Below, piece after piece: positions 7,945-15,644 of a DNA stretch of 20,000 nucleotides. The notes under the pieces are model-generated. The model saw only the letters and a program-made list of their open reading frames with translations. It had not been told where the DNA came from and made no database searches. A program made the position numbers and the translations under genes. Each line of letters opens with the position of its first letter. Position 1 is the first letter of the stretch. The stretch spans positions 58,058 to 78,057 of the IMG/VR virus record IMGVR_UViG_3300005764_000015; one strand, written 5' to 3'. This stretch comes from an uncultured virus (IMG/VR IMGVR_UViG_3300005764_000015). Its lineage: Duplodnaviria > Heunggongvirae > Uroviricota > Caudoviricetes.

Positions 7945-8919
7945 ATGAAGTTATTTTTCAGCGGCTGGCAAGCCACTAACAAGCAACGTGAATCAGCAGT
8001 GATCAAAGCCGGGGCCATCCGGCATAGATGTTTCTCGTTCGCCATGATTCAGAAGCTGCCCGGACTGCCATACTACTTACCGAGGCTGCAAGGTGCTTAT
8101 GACGCATGTCGCAAGCACGGCATCGGAATCATGTTCGATTCCGGCGTGGTCAGCTGGCGCTCGCACAGGGCTACATTGCGCAAGCAGGGCAAGGATATCT
8201 CCAAGCTGCCGGACGAAAAGACGTTTATCAAGCTGTATGTCGACCATGTGAAGCAGCATAGAAAAGAGTGGGACAAGGTCGACAGCGGGATGGACTCGAT
8301 GTATTTCACCATCGACTTGGAACGCAATGCAGAAGATATCTTCCGGCGCCATTACGAGATAGTGAAGATGGGAATCAATCCGGTGCCAGTGTTCCACGGC
8401 GACAGCTCGCTGGACATACTCAGGCGCTACGCAGACAAGGGCTGCACGCTGATCGGGCTGGCATCGTGGCGCACCATCAGAACGCAGCAGAAGCAGTTTC
8501 GAGCCTACTTCGACGGATGCTTTGACTTGGGTGAAAAGCTTGGCATTCGTTTTCATGGCTTAGCTATGACGGCGAGTTGGTTGATGCTAACCTACCCCTG
8601 GTATTCCACCGATTCCAGCTCCTGGTCACGCGTGGCAGGCTACGGCTCGATCATGTGGTTCGATGAGCACAAGCAGCGGATGAGTGCCTTTCACATCTCA
8701 GATAGACATAGCGAAGGCAAAAGCACAGCAGCGAAGATGAATCCTATCATCATGGGCCGTGTGAAAGAATGGGTTGAGCATGAGGGCTTTGATTTCAAAG
8801 AGCTGCAGACAGACTTTGTTCAGCGTCATATCTGGAATGGCAAGCAAATGCTAAAGCTGGTAGATGCAGCTGACAAAAGACATAGTAACGGTGTGGGACA
8901 ATGGCAGTCGCTTTTTTAA
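7945..8919 (+). CDS. dpdA: DpdA / tRNA-guanine transglycosylase-like protein (inserts 7-deazaguanine bases into DNA)
   Basis: TGT-fold motifs MFDSG, FTID, PVPVFHG, FHGL, YPWYSTDSSSW; clustered with folE and a QueD-like gene. Confidence 0.8.
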   Translation: MKLFFSGWQATNKQRESAVIKAGAIRHRCFSFAMIQKLPGLPYYLPRLQGAYDACRKHGIGIMFDSGVVSWRSHRATLRKQGKDISKLPDEKTFIKLYVDHVKQHRKEWDKVDSGMDSMYFTIDLERNAEDIFRRHYEIVKMGINPVPVFHGDSSLDILRRYADKGCTLIGLASWRTIRTQQKQFRAYFDGCFDLGEKLGIRFHGLAMTASWLMLTYPWYSTDSSSWSRVAGYGSIMWFDEHKQRMSAFHISDRHSEGKSTAAKMNPIIMGRVKEWVEHEGFDFKELQTDFVQRHIWNGKQMLKLVDAADKRHSNGVGQWQSLF

Positions 8920-9497
8920 GGTCAGCTTGGCCTTGGGCTGCTGAACATTTGCCATCATTTTTGGCAAAGTTTTTGTCGCACGTACAGATTGTAGATGATG
9001 CTGATAGTTGCTGGCCTTGGCAAGCTAATAGAGATAGCGATGGTTACGGCTATTGCTCTCTGGTATATGATGATTTAGCTTTTTTCAAGGCACATAGAAT
9101 TTCTCTTTTCCTTGCTAGTGGTGCTGTTAAAGATATTCGTAATGTTGTTAGGCATAGCTGCGATAATCCGCCTTGTGTGCGTCCAAAGCACTTACTTGAA
9201 GGGACGCATCAAGATAATGCTAGGGATCGCGATTCGAGAGGCCGTGCTGCTTGGCAAAATGGGAATGCCGGATGGCAGATAGATCCAAATTGGAATAGCT
9301 GGCTAATCGGAGGTAGGCATGCTCCAAAAGGCGAAGCACACTACAAAGCAACGCTGACAGAGCTACGCGTCAGATGCATACGAGCTATGCACAGACGTGG
9401 CTACGGATATAGACGCTTATCTGTAATATTCTCAGTGCCCAGAGGTACCGTTCGATGTGTAGTTACACGAAAGAATTGGAAACGCGTTCGTTGGTAA
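8901..9497 (+). CDS. HNH homing endonuclease
   Basis: KFLSHV..DSCWPW, DGYG, KAHRIS, VVRHSCDNPPCVRPKHLLEGTHQDN, KGEAHYKATLTE...RKNWK. AT-richer than its neighbours. Confidence 0.92.
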   Translation: MAVAFLRSAWPWAAEHLPSFLAKFLSHVQIVDDADSCWPWQANRDSDGYGYCSLVYDDLAFFKAHRISLFLASGAVKDIRNVVRHSCDNPPCVRPKHLLEGTHQDNARDRDSRGRAAWQNGNAGWQIDPNWNSWLIGGRHAPKGEAHYKATLTELRVRCIRAMHRRGYGYRRLSVIFSVPRGTVRCVVTRKNWKRVRW

Positions 9498-9510
9498 GGG
9501 AACCCTAATC

Positions 9511-10134
9511 ATGAAACCATCCGAGGTAGCAGTAGCGGTAGAGACCGAACCGTGGCAAGTCCTGCTGAAGCCGGCCATTGCGGCCTACATGCAGCAGAAC
9601 AGGCCGAAAAAGAATTCGATTGTCTACGACGAGCATACGCAGGGTACACCGGATCGCGTGGTCAAAGCCTTCGCCGAATATGTGCGGGGATGCACGGAAG
9701 ACCCTGCGACTTACTTGGCCAAGACATTCAACGCACACACTTACGATCAAATGGTCAGCGTGCCGAACATCCGGTTGATCAGCATGTGCATGCATCACTT
9801 AGCCCCTATCATCGGCAAGGTACACTTCGCTTACATTCCGCAGGCCGCGATCGTCGGGCTGAGCAAAATTCCGCGCTTCATAGAGGCGCTGGCACGGCGG
9901 CCGCAGGTGCAGGAACTGCTGACAGATCAAATCGTCGACACGTTCTACTCCACGGTAGAACCGAAGGGCTGCGCGGTGCATGTGCGGGCCTTCCATTTCT
10001 GCATGTGCGGGCGCGGCGTAGAAGAGCCAGCGGCATATACCGTGACGACGGCATTGCGCGGCTCGTTCAAGGACCCGCTTACGCGGCAAGAATTTCTGCA
10101 ATCGTTAGACTTAGACGAGGTGATATTTCCGTGA
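9511..10134 (+). CDS. folE: GTP cyclohydrolase I (FolE)
   Basis: TPDRV, SMCMHHLAPIIGKVHFAYIP, VGLSKIPR, ARRPQVQE.LT.QI, HFCMCGRGV, TTALRGSF, RQEFL. Confidence 0.95.
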   Translation: MKPSEVAVAVETEPWQVLLKPAIAAYMQQNRPKKNSIVYDEHTQGTPDRVVKAFAEYVRGCTEDPATYLAKTFNAHTYDQMVSVPNIRLISMCMHHLAPIIGKVHFAYIPQAAIVGLSKIPRFIEALARRPQVQELLTDQIVDTFYSTVEPKGCAVHVRAFHFCMCGRGVEEPAAYTVTTALRGSFKDPLTRQEFLQSLDLDEVIFP

Positions 10135-10565
10135 CAGACATTCCATTGGCCGGGATAGATACTCCCATCGAAACATCAACGCATACAAATACAAGCTGGA
10201 CGCCGACTAAGCGGACGACTTTTGTGTTCTGCAACTTCCGGCAAGTCGGCTTTCATCAGTGGGCGGGCGCACCGGATCAGTATGCCTATCTCCGGTCCAA
10301 GCACAGACATGAATTCCACGTGCGGGTGCAGGTGGCAGTCAACCACGACGACAGAGATATGGAATTCTGCCATCTCAAGCAGATAGCACAGGAAGCGTTC
10401 CGAAACATGGGCGTGCCGACTGCAGATGGAAGTCTGATCCTGGGATCACAGTCCTGCGAGATGATGGCACGGCGCCTGGGTTCGTCGCTGCAGGCAATGG
10501 GCATACAGGCGACGTCGGTTGAAGTGTCGGAAGACGGAGAAAACGGAGCGTTGGTTATCCTATGA
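10131..10565 (+). CDS. QueD-like T-fold protein with LxxxHRHxF motif (DpdL-type)
   Basis: GTG 10131 overlaps the folE stop (GTGA), with SD GAGGTG upstream. Motifs GFHQW, YLRSKHRHEFH, HDDRDMEF, SCEMMA, VEVSEDGENGA. Lacks the CxxxHGH motif of canonical QueD. Confidence 0.8.
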   Translation: MTDIPLAGIDTPIETSTHTNTSWTPTKRTTFVFCNFRQVGFHQWAGAPDQYAYLRSKHRHEFHVRVQVAVNHDDRDMEFCHLKQIAQEAFRNMGVPTADGSLILGSQSCEMMARRLGSSLQAMGIQATSVEVSEDGENGALVIL

Positions 10566-11635
10566 CGTCTAGCGTCACCATGACTGGGAAGGAATTTGCA
10601 GCCCTGGTGCAGGGTGCAACGAAATTCCCGTCGATTGGATTGTTCGGCGGATCGGAGATGGTGAATTTCAAGGTCGGCAAGGGATTTGCCGTGTGTACGA
10701 CGTTGGGTGTCGTACTAGCCAGGGCGGCTGTACCGATCCAAGGTGACCTGCCGTTGATAGCCGTAGATGAGCGTCTAATCGTACCGTTCGCCAGCCAACA
10801 CGCCGAGGCAGTCAAGATCGTCATAGAAGCGGACGAGAAAGAAATACGCATCAAAGCTCGCGGGCGGAAAATCGAAGCCCCATTCAAGGAAGGCACGGAA
10901 CAGCCGTTCCCCAAGCTGGATACGCAGGGAATAAAAATCACGCCCATGCTTGCAGAGCGCGTGGGCTATCTAGCCAACGTAGCGTTCAGCGACTTGTCAC
11001 GGCCGGATCTGTGTTGTGTCATGGTAGCCCCGGACGGGCGAGCCATGGCTTGCAACTCGCGAGCAATCGTGGTTCTCAAGTGTCACAGCGGGCATGATAG
11101 AAAAATCGCCATGCCGCTACCGCTGGCCAAAGCCCTGGAAAAGGGCTTCACCATTTTCCCCGGCGAGAAAGAAACGGCCATCAAGAACGGCTACGCGAAA
11201 TACTGTATGCCGTCACCCGTGCAGGCGCTACAGCAATTCCCCATAGCTGCGATAGACAGCTACTCCCAGCTTGAATCGAGCACGGTGGCAGTGTTCAAGG
11301 GGATGCAGCTGGCGAGAGCAGTTACCGAAGCAGAGGCGTGCATGGGAGCGCTGTCCCGGATGGAGATGGTGCTAAAGCTGTCGCTGGCAGACGGCAGAGC
11401 AGCCATGTCCACGGAAAATGGTGCAGCACGGTATCAGACGAAGATGGGTGCATTAAAGATAACGGCGAAGGAGTTAGATCTGAATCTTCCGATGGAAGAG
11501 ATGCTCCGCATAAGTCCGTTTCTCGAAAAAGAAGAAGCAGTTACGGTCCTGATGGCGAAGAGGAACGGCGAGGCATTTCTCAAGTTCAAGAACGGATGGG
11601 CGATGTTTCCCAAATGGGGAGAGAACAAGAAATGA
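10562..11635 (+). CDS. Divergent DNA sliding clamp (DnaN/beta-like)
   Basis: 357 aa, the size of DnaN. FSDLSRPDLCCVMV..DGRAMACNSRAI resembles DnaN D..R..L.GV...VATDGHRL; FP motifs at likely domain linkers; a DnaX-like loader is in the same module. Confidence 0.65.
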   Translation: MTSSVTMTGKEFAALVQGATKFPSIGLFGGSEMVNFKVGKGFAVCTTLGVVLARAAVPIQGDLPLIAVDERLIVPFASQHAEAVKIVIEADEKEIRIKARGRKIEAPFKEGTEQPFPKLDTQGIKITPMLAERVGYLANVAFSDLSRPDLCCVMVAPDGRAMACNSRAIVVLKCHSGHDRKIAMPLPLAKALEKGFTIFPGEKETAIKNGYAKYCMPSPVQALQQFPIAAIDSYSQLESSTVAVFKGMQLARAVTEAEACMGALSRMEMVLKLSLADGRAAMSTENGAARYQTKMGALKITAKELDLNLPMEEMLRISPFLEKEEAVTVLMAKRNGEAFLKFKNGWAMFPKWGENKK

Positions 11636-11817
11636 CGCTCGAAGAGGCAAAGACCGATGCGCGGATAGATCGACTTACCGCCGACGTGGAATTACTGGTC
11701 GAATTAATGAAACATGCCACTACCACGCTGGGCGTGGCTATGCTGTCTTTTCAGAAGGTATGCGACAGGGCCAACGAGTTACTGCAGAGAGCCAGTGAAG
11801 AAAACGGTACAATCTAA
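11632..11817 (+). CDS. Small coiled-coil hypothetical protein (61 aa)
   Basis: ATGA overlap with the clamp gene; DARIDRLTADVELLVE resembles the ORF at 3988. Confidence 0.65.
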   Translation: MTLEEAKTDARIDRLTADVELLVELMKHATTTLGVAMLSFQKVCDRANELLQRASEENGTI

Positions 11818-11819
11818 CC

Positions 11820-14747
11820 GTGGGCTTTGACAACCTGTTCCAGATCGAAGGCATACCTGCAGACTGCGAAGTCCCGCCCCCACAGCGTGAGAAGAAGCCA
11901 AAGAAAAAAGACCTGCGCCGCGGCTGCGAGTTCTGCCCACTTAATAAGGTCGAGGGAATAAAGAAGATCCGGCTGGGGACGATGACCGGGAAGAAAATAT
12001 GGGTAGTCGCCCAATCACCCGGGCCGGAAGAGAACGAGGAAGAAGAAGAGCTGGTCGGGCCGTCCGGCAGATGGTGGTGGAAAGAGCTACGGCGTATCGG
12101 CATAACGCGGGACATGTGCGACATACAAAATGTCGTGCGGTGCTTTCCGGCTGATCTGGTCGAGGGATCTTACGATAGCTATCTCAAGATGCGCACACCG
12201 AATGCAGAAGAAATCCGGTGCTGCTCACTCTATACAGACGAAGCCATAGCCAAGTCGAAAGCCCCGTTTGTGCTGGTGCTGGGGCAAATAGCTGCAAAAG
12301 CTCTGCTAGCCACGCGGTCGCTACCGAAGCGGAAAATATTCTGGTCTGATAAGCTTAGCGCACGTGTCTATCTTTTGGATCACCCTGCATTTTTCATCCG
12401 TGGCTATGCGTCGGCCTCCAGGCTGGACGCATTCCGGAAAATACTCGATGAATTCAAGAAGGACTTCGAAAATGTAGCTGACCGCGATTTATCGGACCAG
12501 TTTGCATACATCAAGTCGCAGGACTACCGGCTGGTAGACACAGAAGAAAAAGCGCTGAAGGCCGAGCAGATCATCCGCAAGTACGGCATAGTCAAAAACC
12601 GTCGCATAGCGGTAGACATAGAAGACCACGACACGACGGAAGGGCACATCGTCAATACCTGCGGCTTTTCGCCGAAGCCAGGCCTAGCATTCGTGTTCAT
12701 TTTCTGTCACGCCGAGCAGGAGCGCGGACAGGGTGCCAAGGTCCAGCTTATAGCCAAGCGCTTACTCGAGAATCCGAAAATAAAGAAGGCCCTGCACTTC
12801 GGCTGCAGCGACGACGTGAAGCTGGAAAAATACGCCGGCATCAAAATGCAGGGCTTTGTGCATGACACGAACAAGTCGGAATATCTCCGGTTCAGCGACG
12901 CCAGAGAGTACGGTTTGGACGCCATAGCCGAGCGGCGCTTCCCTGAATTCACGGGCTACAAGTACATAGTGGTCAACGAGATGCTGGCGATGGTGCCTGA
13001 CGTCCCAAAACGGGTGCTGAATGGCACTCTTGAGGGCAAATACACCTATCTCGACCGCCATCGCCTGTTCAACGTCGGCAAACTGTCGATGGAGACACTC
13101 CGGCTCTACAACGGAGCCGACTGCGACTTAACCAAGCGCCTGGATATAGACAATTACAAGCATGTCAGCAAACCGCTGCTTCGCATCTACATGGACCTGA
13201 GCTACGTCCTGCAGCGGATGGAGCCGAACGGGCCGTGGTTCGACTATCTGCAGAATAAAAAGCTGGAGCGGTTGTTCCCCGGCAGAGAGCGAAGGCTGCG
13301 CAAGCGCTGCCAGAAATTACTGGGCAACAAAAAATTCAACCCGGGCTCGCCGCAGCAGGTAAATGCAGCACTGTTCAACGTGCTGGACTTAGAATATCCG
13401 GGGCAGGGAAAGCCCAACACAAAAAAAGGCACGCTGCTGATGATGTCGCGCAGCCATAAATTCCCCGGATTAATCCTCGAATGGCGGGGCGCAGACAAAG
13501 CCAGCAGCACTTACGTCGAAAGCTACAAAATATGCGCGGACATGAACGACGGCAGGCTGCGGACGTCGTGGTGGGATACCGGGACTCGCACCGGCCGTCT
13601 ATCCAGCGGCGGAGGCAAGGCCAAGGGCCGCATCAACTTACAGAATATCCACAATGACCCGCATGTCAGAAATCAGTGCGTAGCAGATAAGCGCTGGCGG
13701 CAGGCTTACAAGGCCATAAAAGAAATATTGACGTGGGCCAAGGATGACGAAGAGGCAGCAGCAGCCATAGAAAAATGGGTGCAGGAAAATATCCCTGACT
13801 TAGAAACGTTTCTCATTCTTGACTACGGGCAGGTCGAAGTACGTGTGGCAGCGCAGTTATCCGGTGACGAGAATCTGATAGCTGACTGCAAAGAATCCGA
13901 CATACATACCAAAGTCGGAGCCACGATGACGGGCTGGGACCCGGAAAAGATCAGGAACGATCACCGGACCAGGACCAGCACAAAGAATATTCACTTCGCA
14001 ATTATCTACGGCAGCAACGTCGACGGCGTATATGCGTATGTGGTGTCGCGAACGCCGCCGGACGTAGAACCACTCACACGCGAGCAGGTAGAAAAAGCCT
14101 TTGTCAGATACTTCGAGCGCTACAGCGGCGTGCGATTGTTCATCGACTCACAGCGGCAGTATGCGATCGACCATGGCTACGTCGAAACAATATTCGGGAT
14201 GAAACAGAATCTGGTGATCAAGGGCCAGGAAAATGGCGAGGATCACAGCAACATAGAAGAAACCGGAGAAGACGACGGCAGCCGCAGCTCATTCTGGGCA
14301 AATCAGGCCGTGAACGGCCCGGTGCAAGGAACAGCGCACCAGCTACTAGAATGCGCTTTGGTTCGCTTACATCGCTATCCCGAGAAATATAAGTTGCTCA
14401 ATGTGCCTGTCATGGACGTGCATGATGCGCTGTATTTTTCGGTGAAAGTGCTCAAGTTACAGCCTGCGGCCAAGAAAGCAAAATGGTTGATGGAGAAAGG
14501 CTCACTAGCTACGGTAAAGTCAGATTTTCCTGACGTCGATTGGAAAGTACCCATTGTGACAGAAGCAGAAGCAGCATTAACGCTGGGTTGCAAGGTTAAA
14601 TTGACAGATGATATGACGCCGGGCAAGTATCTCTTGCAGTGGTATCATAAGCGGCGGAAGCAAGATATTGAGCTTAGAGATGAGTTGGCTAAATTAGATG
14701 TCGCGGAGAGTACTCCTACAAACGCGCTTACTGAAACGAATACGTAA
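11820..14747 (+). CDS. polA: Family A DNA polymerase with N-terminal uracil-DNA-glycosylase-like (family 4) domain and 3'-5' exonuclease
   Basis: UDG-like: CEFCPL, AQSPG.EE, VGPSG, NVVRCFP, EIRCC, VLGQIA, HPAF. Exo: VDIED, YNGAD. Pol: TGRLSS, NLQNI, DYGQVEVRVAA, RTSTKNIHFAIIYG, NGPVQGTA, VHDAL. Confidence 0.95.
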   Translation: MGFDNLFQIEGIPADCEVPPPQREKKPKKKDLRRGCEFCPLNKVEGIKKIRLGTMTGKKIWVVAQSPGPEENEEEEELVGPSGRWWWKELRRIGITRDMCDIQNVVRCFPADLVEGSYDSYLKMRTPNAEEIRCCSLYTDEAIAKSKAPFVLVLGQIAAKALLATRSLPKRKIFWSDKLSARVYLLDHPAFFIRGYASASRLDAFRKILDEFKKDFENVADRDLSDQFAYIKSQDYRLVDTEEKALKAEQIIRKYGIVKNRRIAVDIEDHDTTEGHIVNTCGFSPKPGLAFVFIFCHAEQERGQGAKVQLIAKRLLENPKIKKALHFGCSDDVKLEKYAGIKMQGFVHDTNKSEYLRFSDAREYGLDAIAERRFPEFTGYKYIVVNEMLAMVPDVPKRVLNGTLEGKYTYLDRHRLFNVGKLSMETLRLYNGADCDLTKRLDIDNYKHVSKPLLRIYMDLSYVLQRMEPNGPWFDYLQNKKLERLFPGRERRLRKRCQKLLGNKKFNPGSPQQVNAALFNVLDLEYPGQGKPNTKKGTLLMMSRSHKFPGLILEWRGADKASSTYVESYKICADMNDGRLRTSWWDTGTRTGRLSSGGGKAKGRINLQNIHNDPHVRNQCVADKRWRQAYKAIKEILTWAKDDEEAAAAIEKWVQENIPDLETFLILDYGQVEVRVAAQLSGDENLIADCKESDIHTKVGATMTGWDPEKIRNDHRTRTSTKNIHFAIIYGSNVDGVYAYVVSRTPPDVEPLTREQVEKAFVRYFERYSGVRLFIDSQRQYAIDHGYVETIFGMKQNLVIKGQENGEDHSNIEETGEDDGSRSSFWANQAVNGPVQGTAHQLLECALVRLHRYPEKYKLLNVPVMDVHDALYFSVKVLKLQPAAKKAKWLMEKGSLATVKSDFPDVDWKVPIVTEAEAALTLGCKVKLTDDMTPGKYLLQWYHKRRKQDIELRDELAKLDVAESTPTNALTETNT

Positions 14748-14804
14748 GACGCCAGCAGGCTGCTGGATCTGGACTGGTCCCAAATATATCAACGTGAGGT
14801 AGCT

Positions 14805-15155
14805 ATGGCCAACAAACCCGACACCCAGAAGTCGATAGTCGTCGATGGGATAGTAGCTAGGCGGAACCGCCAGCCGTACATTCTCCTATTCAAGGGGGAT
14901 CAGCAAATCGCCCAGTTGACCCTGTCAGAAGCTCGCAACATCGCGAACGACATCCTTATCCAGTGCAGCCGCATAGAAGCAGATGCCATGATTTTCAAGT
15001 TTTTCGAGAAGCATGACCTACCAGAGGGTGCTGCTTCTCAGCTGATGGGCGACTTTCGGATCTTTCGCCTGGAGTTGGATAAGGATGTAGCTGAGACGTT
15101 TGAAAGTGTTCCGTCTGCTGACCAGTTCGACTTTACTAAGAAGAAGCCTCAGTAG
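14805..15155 (+). CDS. Hypothetical protein (116 aa)
   Basis: SD GAGGT before the ATG; fills the gap after the polymerase gene. Confidence 0.7.
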   Translation: MANKPDTQKSIVVDGIVARRNRQPYILLFKGDQQIAQLTLSEARNIANDILIQCSRIEADAMIFKFFEKHDLPEGAASQLMGDFRIFRLELDKDVAETFESVPSADQFDFTKKKPQ

Positions 15156-15163
15156 GTGTCTCC

Positions 15164-15606
15164 ATGGGAGCAAAACCGCAGTTCAGTCGCAAGGATCTGG
15201 ATATCACCACGGCCATGGCAAATTAAAGATGAGGATGCCTGACGGTACGAATGAATGGCAAGCTCATCGCGCTGCGTACGTTTTGTGGAAAGGGCCTGTA
15301 CCGCCTGGAAAAATTGTATGCCACGCTAGGGAATGCAGCAATTCGAGCTGCATCTGTCCCGATCATCTGTATGCTGGCACGCACAAAGAAAATACCGGAG
15401 ATGCGATGGCGCTAGGCACGATGGTGCTGAATTACAATTTAACGGGCGCACCGCCGCGTGCAAAGCTGACTAAATTTCAAGTCCGCGTCATTCGCTGCTT
15501 ACATAGACGAGGATGGACTTGCTCAGAATTAGCCAGTGAGTTTTGTATGGCGTACGGAACAATTTATTTATTGCTTGTCAGACGATCTTGGAAAAATATT
15601 CCGTAA
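15164..15606 (+). pseudogene. HNH endonuclease with disrupted 5' end (an N-truncated product could start at ATG 15229)
   Basis: ATG 15164 gives only 20 aa (MGAKPQFSRKDLDITTAMAN*). HNH homology (GHG, RMPDG, AHRAAY, VCHARECSNSSCICPDHLYAGTHKEN, KLT..QVRVIR) is in another frame and lacks the RF..V/CWxW segment. Confidence 0.7.
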
Positions 15607-15608
15607 TA

Positions 15609-15638
15609 GCATTGCCCAGATGAATATTCTGTTACCAT
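15609..15638 (+). promoter_or_regulatory. Putative extended -10 promoter (TTGCCC-N15, TGtTACCAT), leaderless
   Basis: Same layout as 3791-3820; GTG start follows 6 nt after the -10; no SD. Confidence 0.6.
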
Positions 15639-15644
15639 CAACCC

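Noticed and set aside
7757..7948. 63-aa ORF upstream of dpdA
   Set aside because: GTG start without a clear SD, no recognisable motifs, and it runs through strong hairpins. More likely non-coding, although its stop does overlap the dpdA ATG.
1740..9497. HNH genes as cargo of group I introns or inteins
   Set aside because: Flanking genes appear complete and abut or overlap the HNH ORFs, leaving no room for intron cores. No intein C/S…HN signatures were seen in the helicase, polymerase or RecA.
9552..10130. Long 5' extension of the QueD-like ORF overlapping folE (possible frameshift fusion)
   Set aside because: The extension has no protein-like motifs. Stop codons in the -1 frame are rare when third codon positions are G/C-rich. 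A GTG with SD and a GTGA overlap at 10131 explains the gene.
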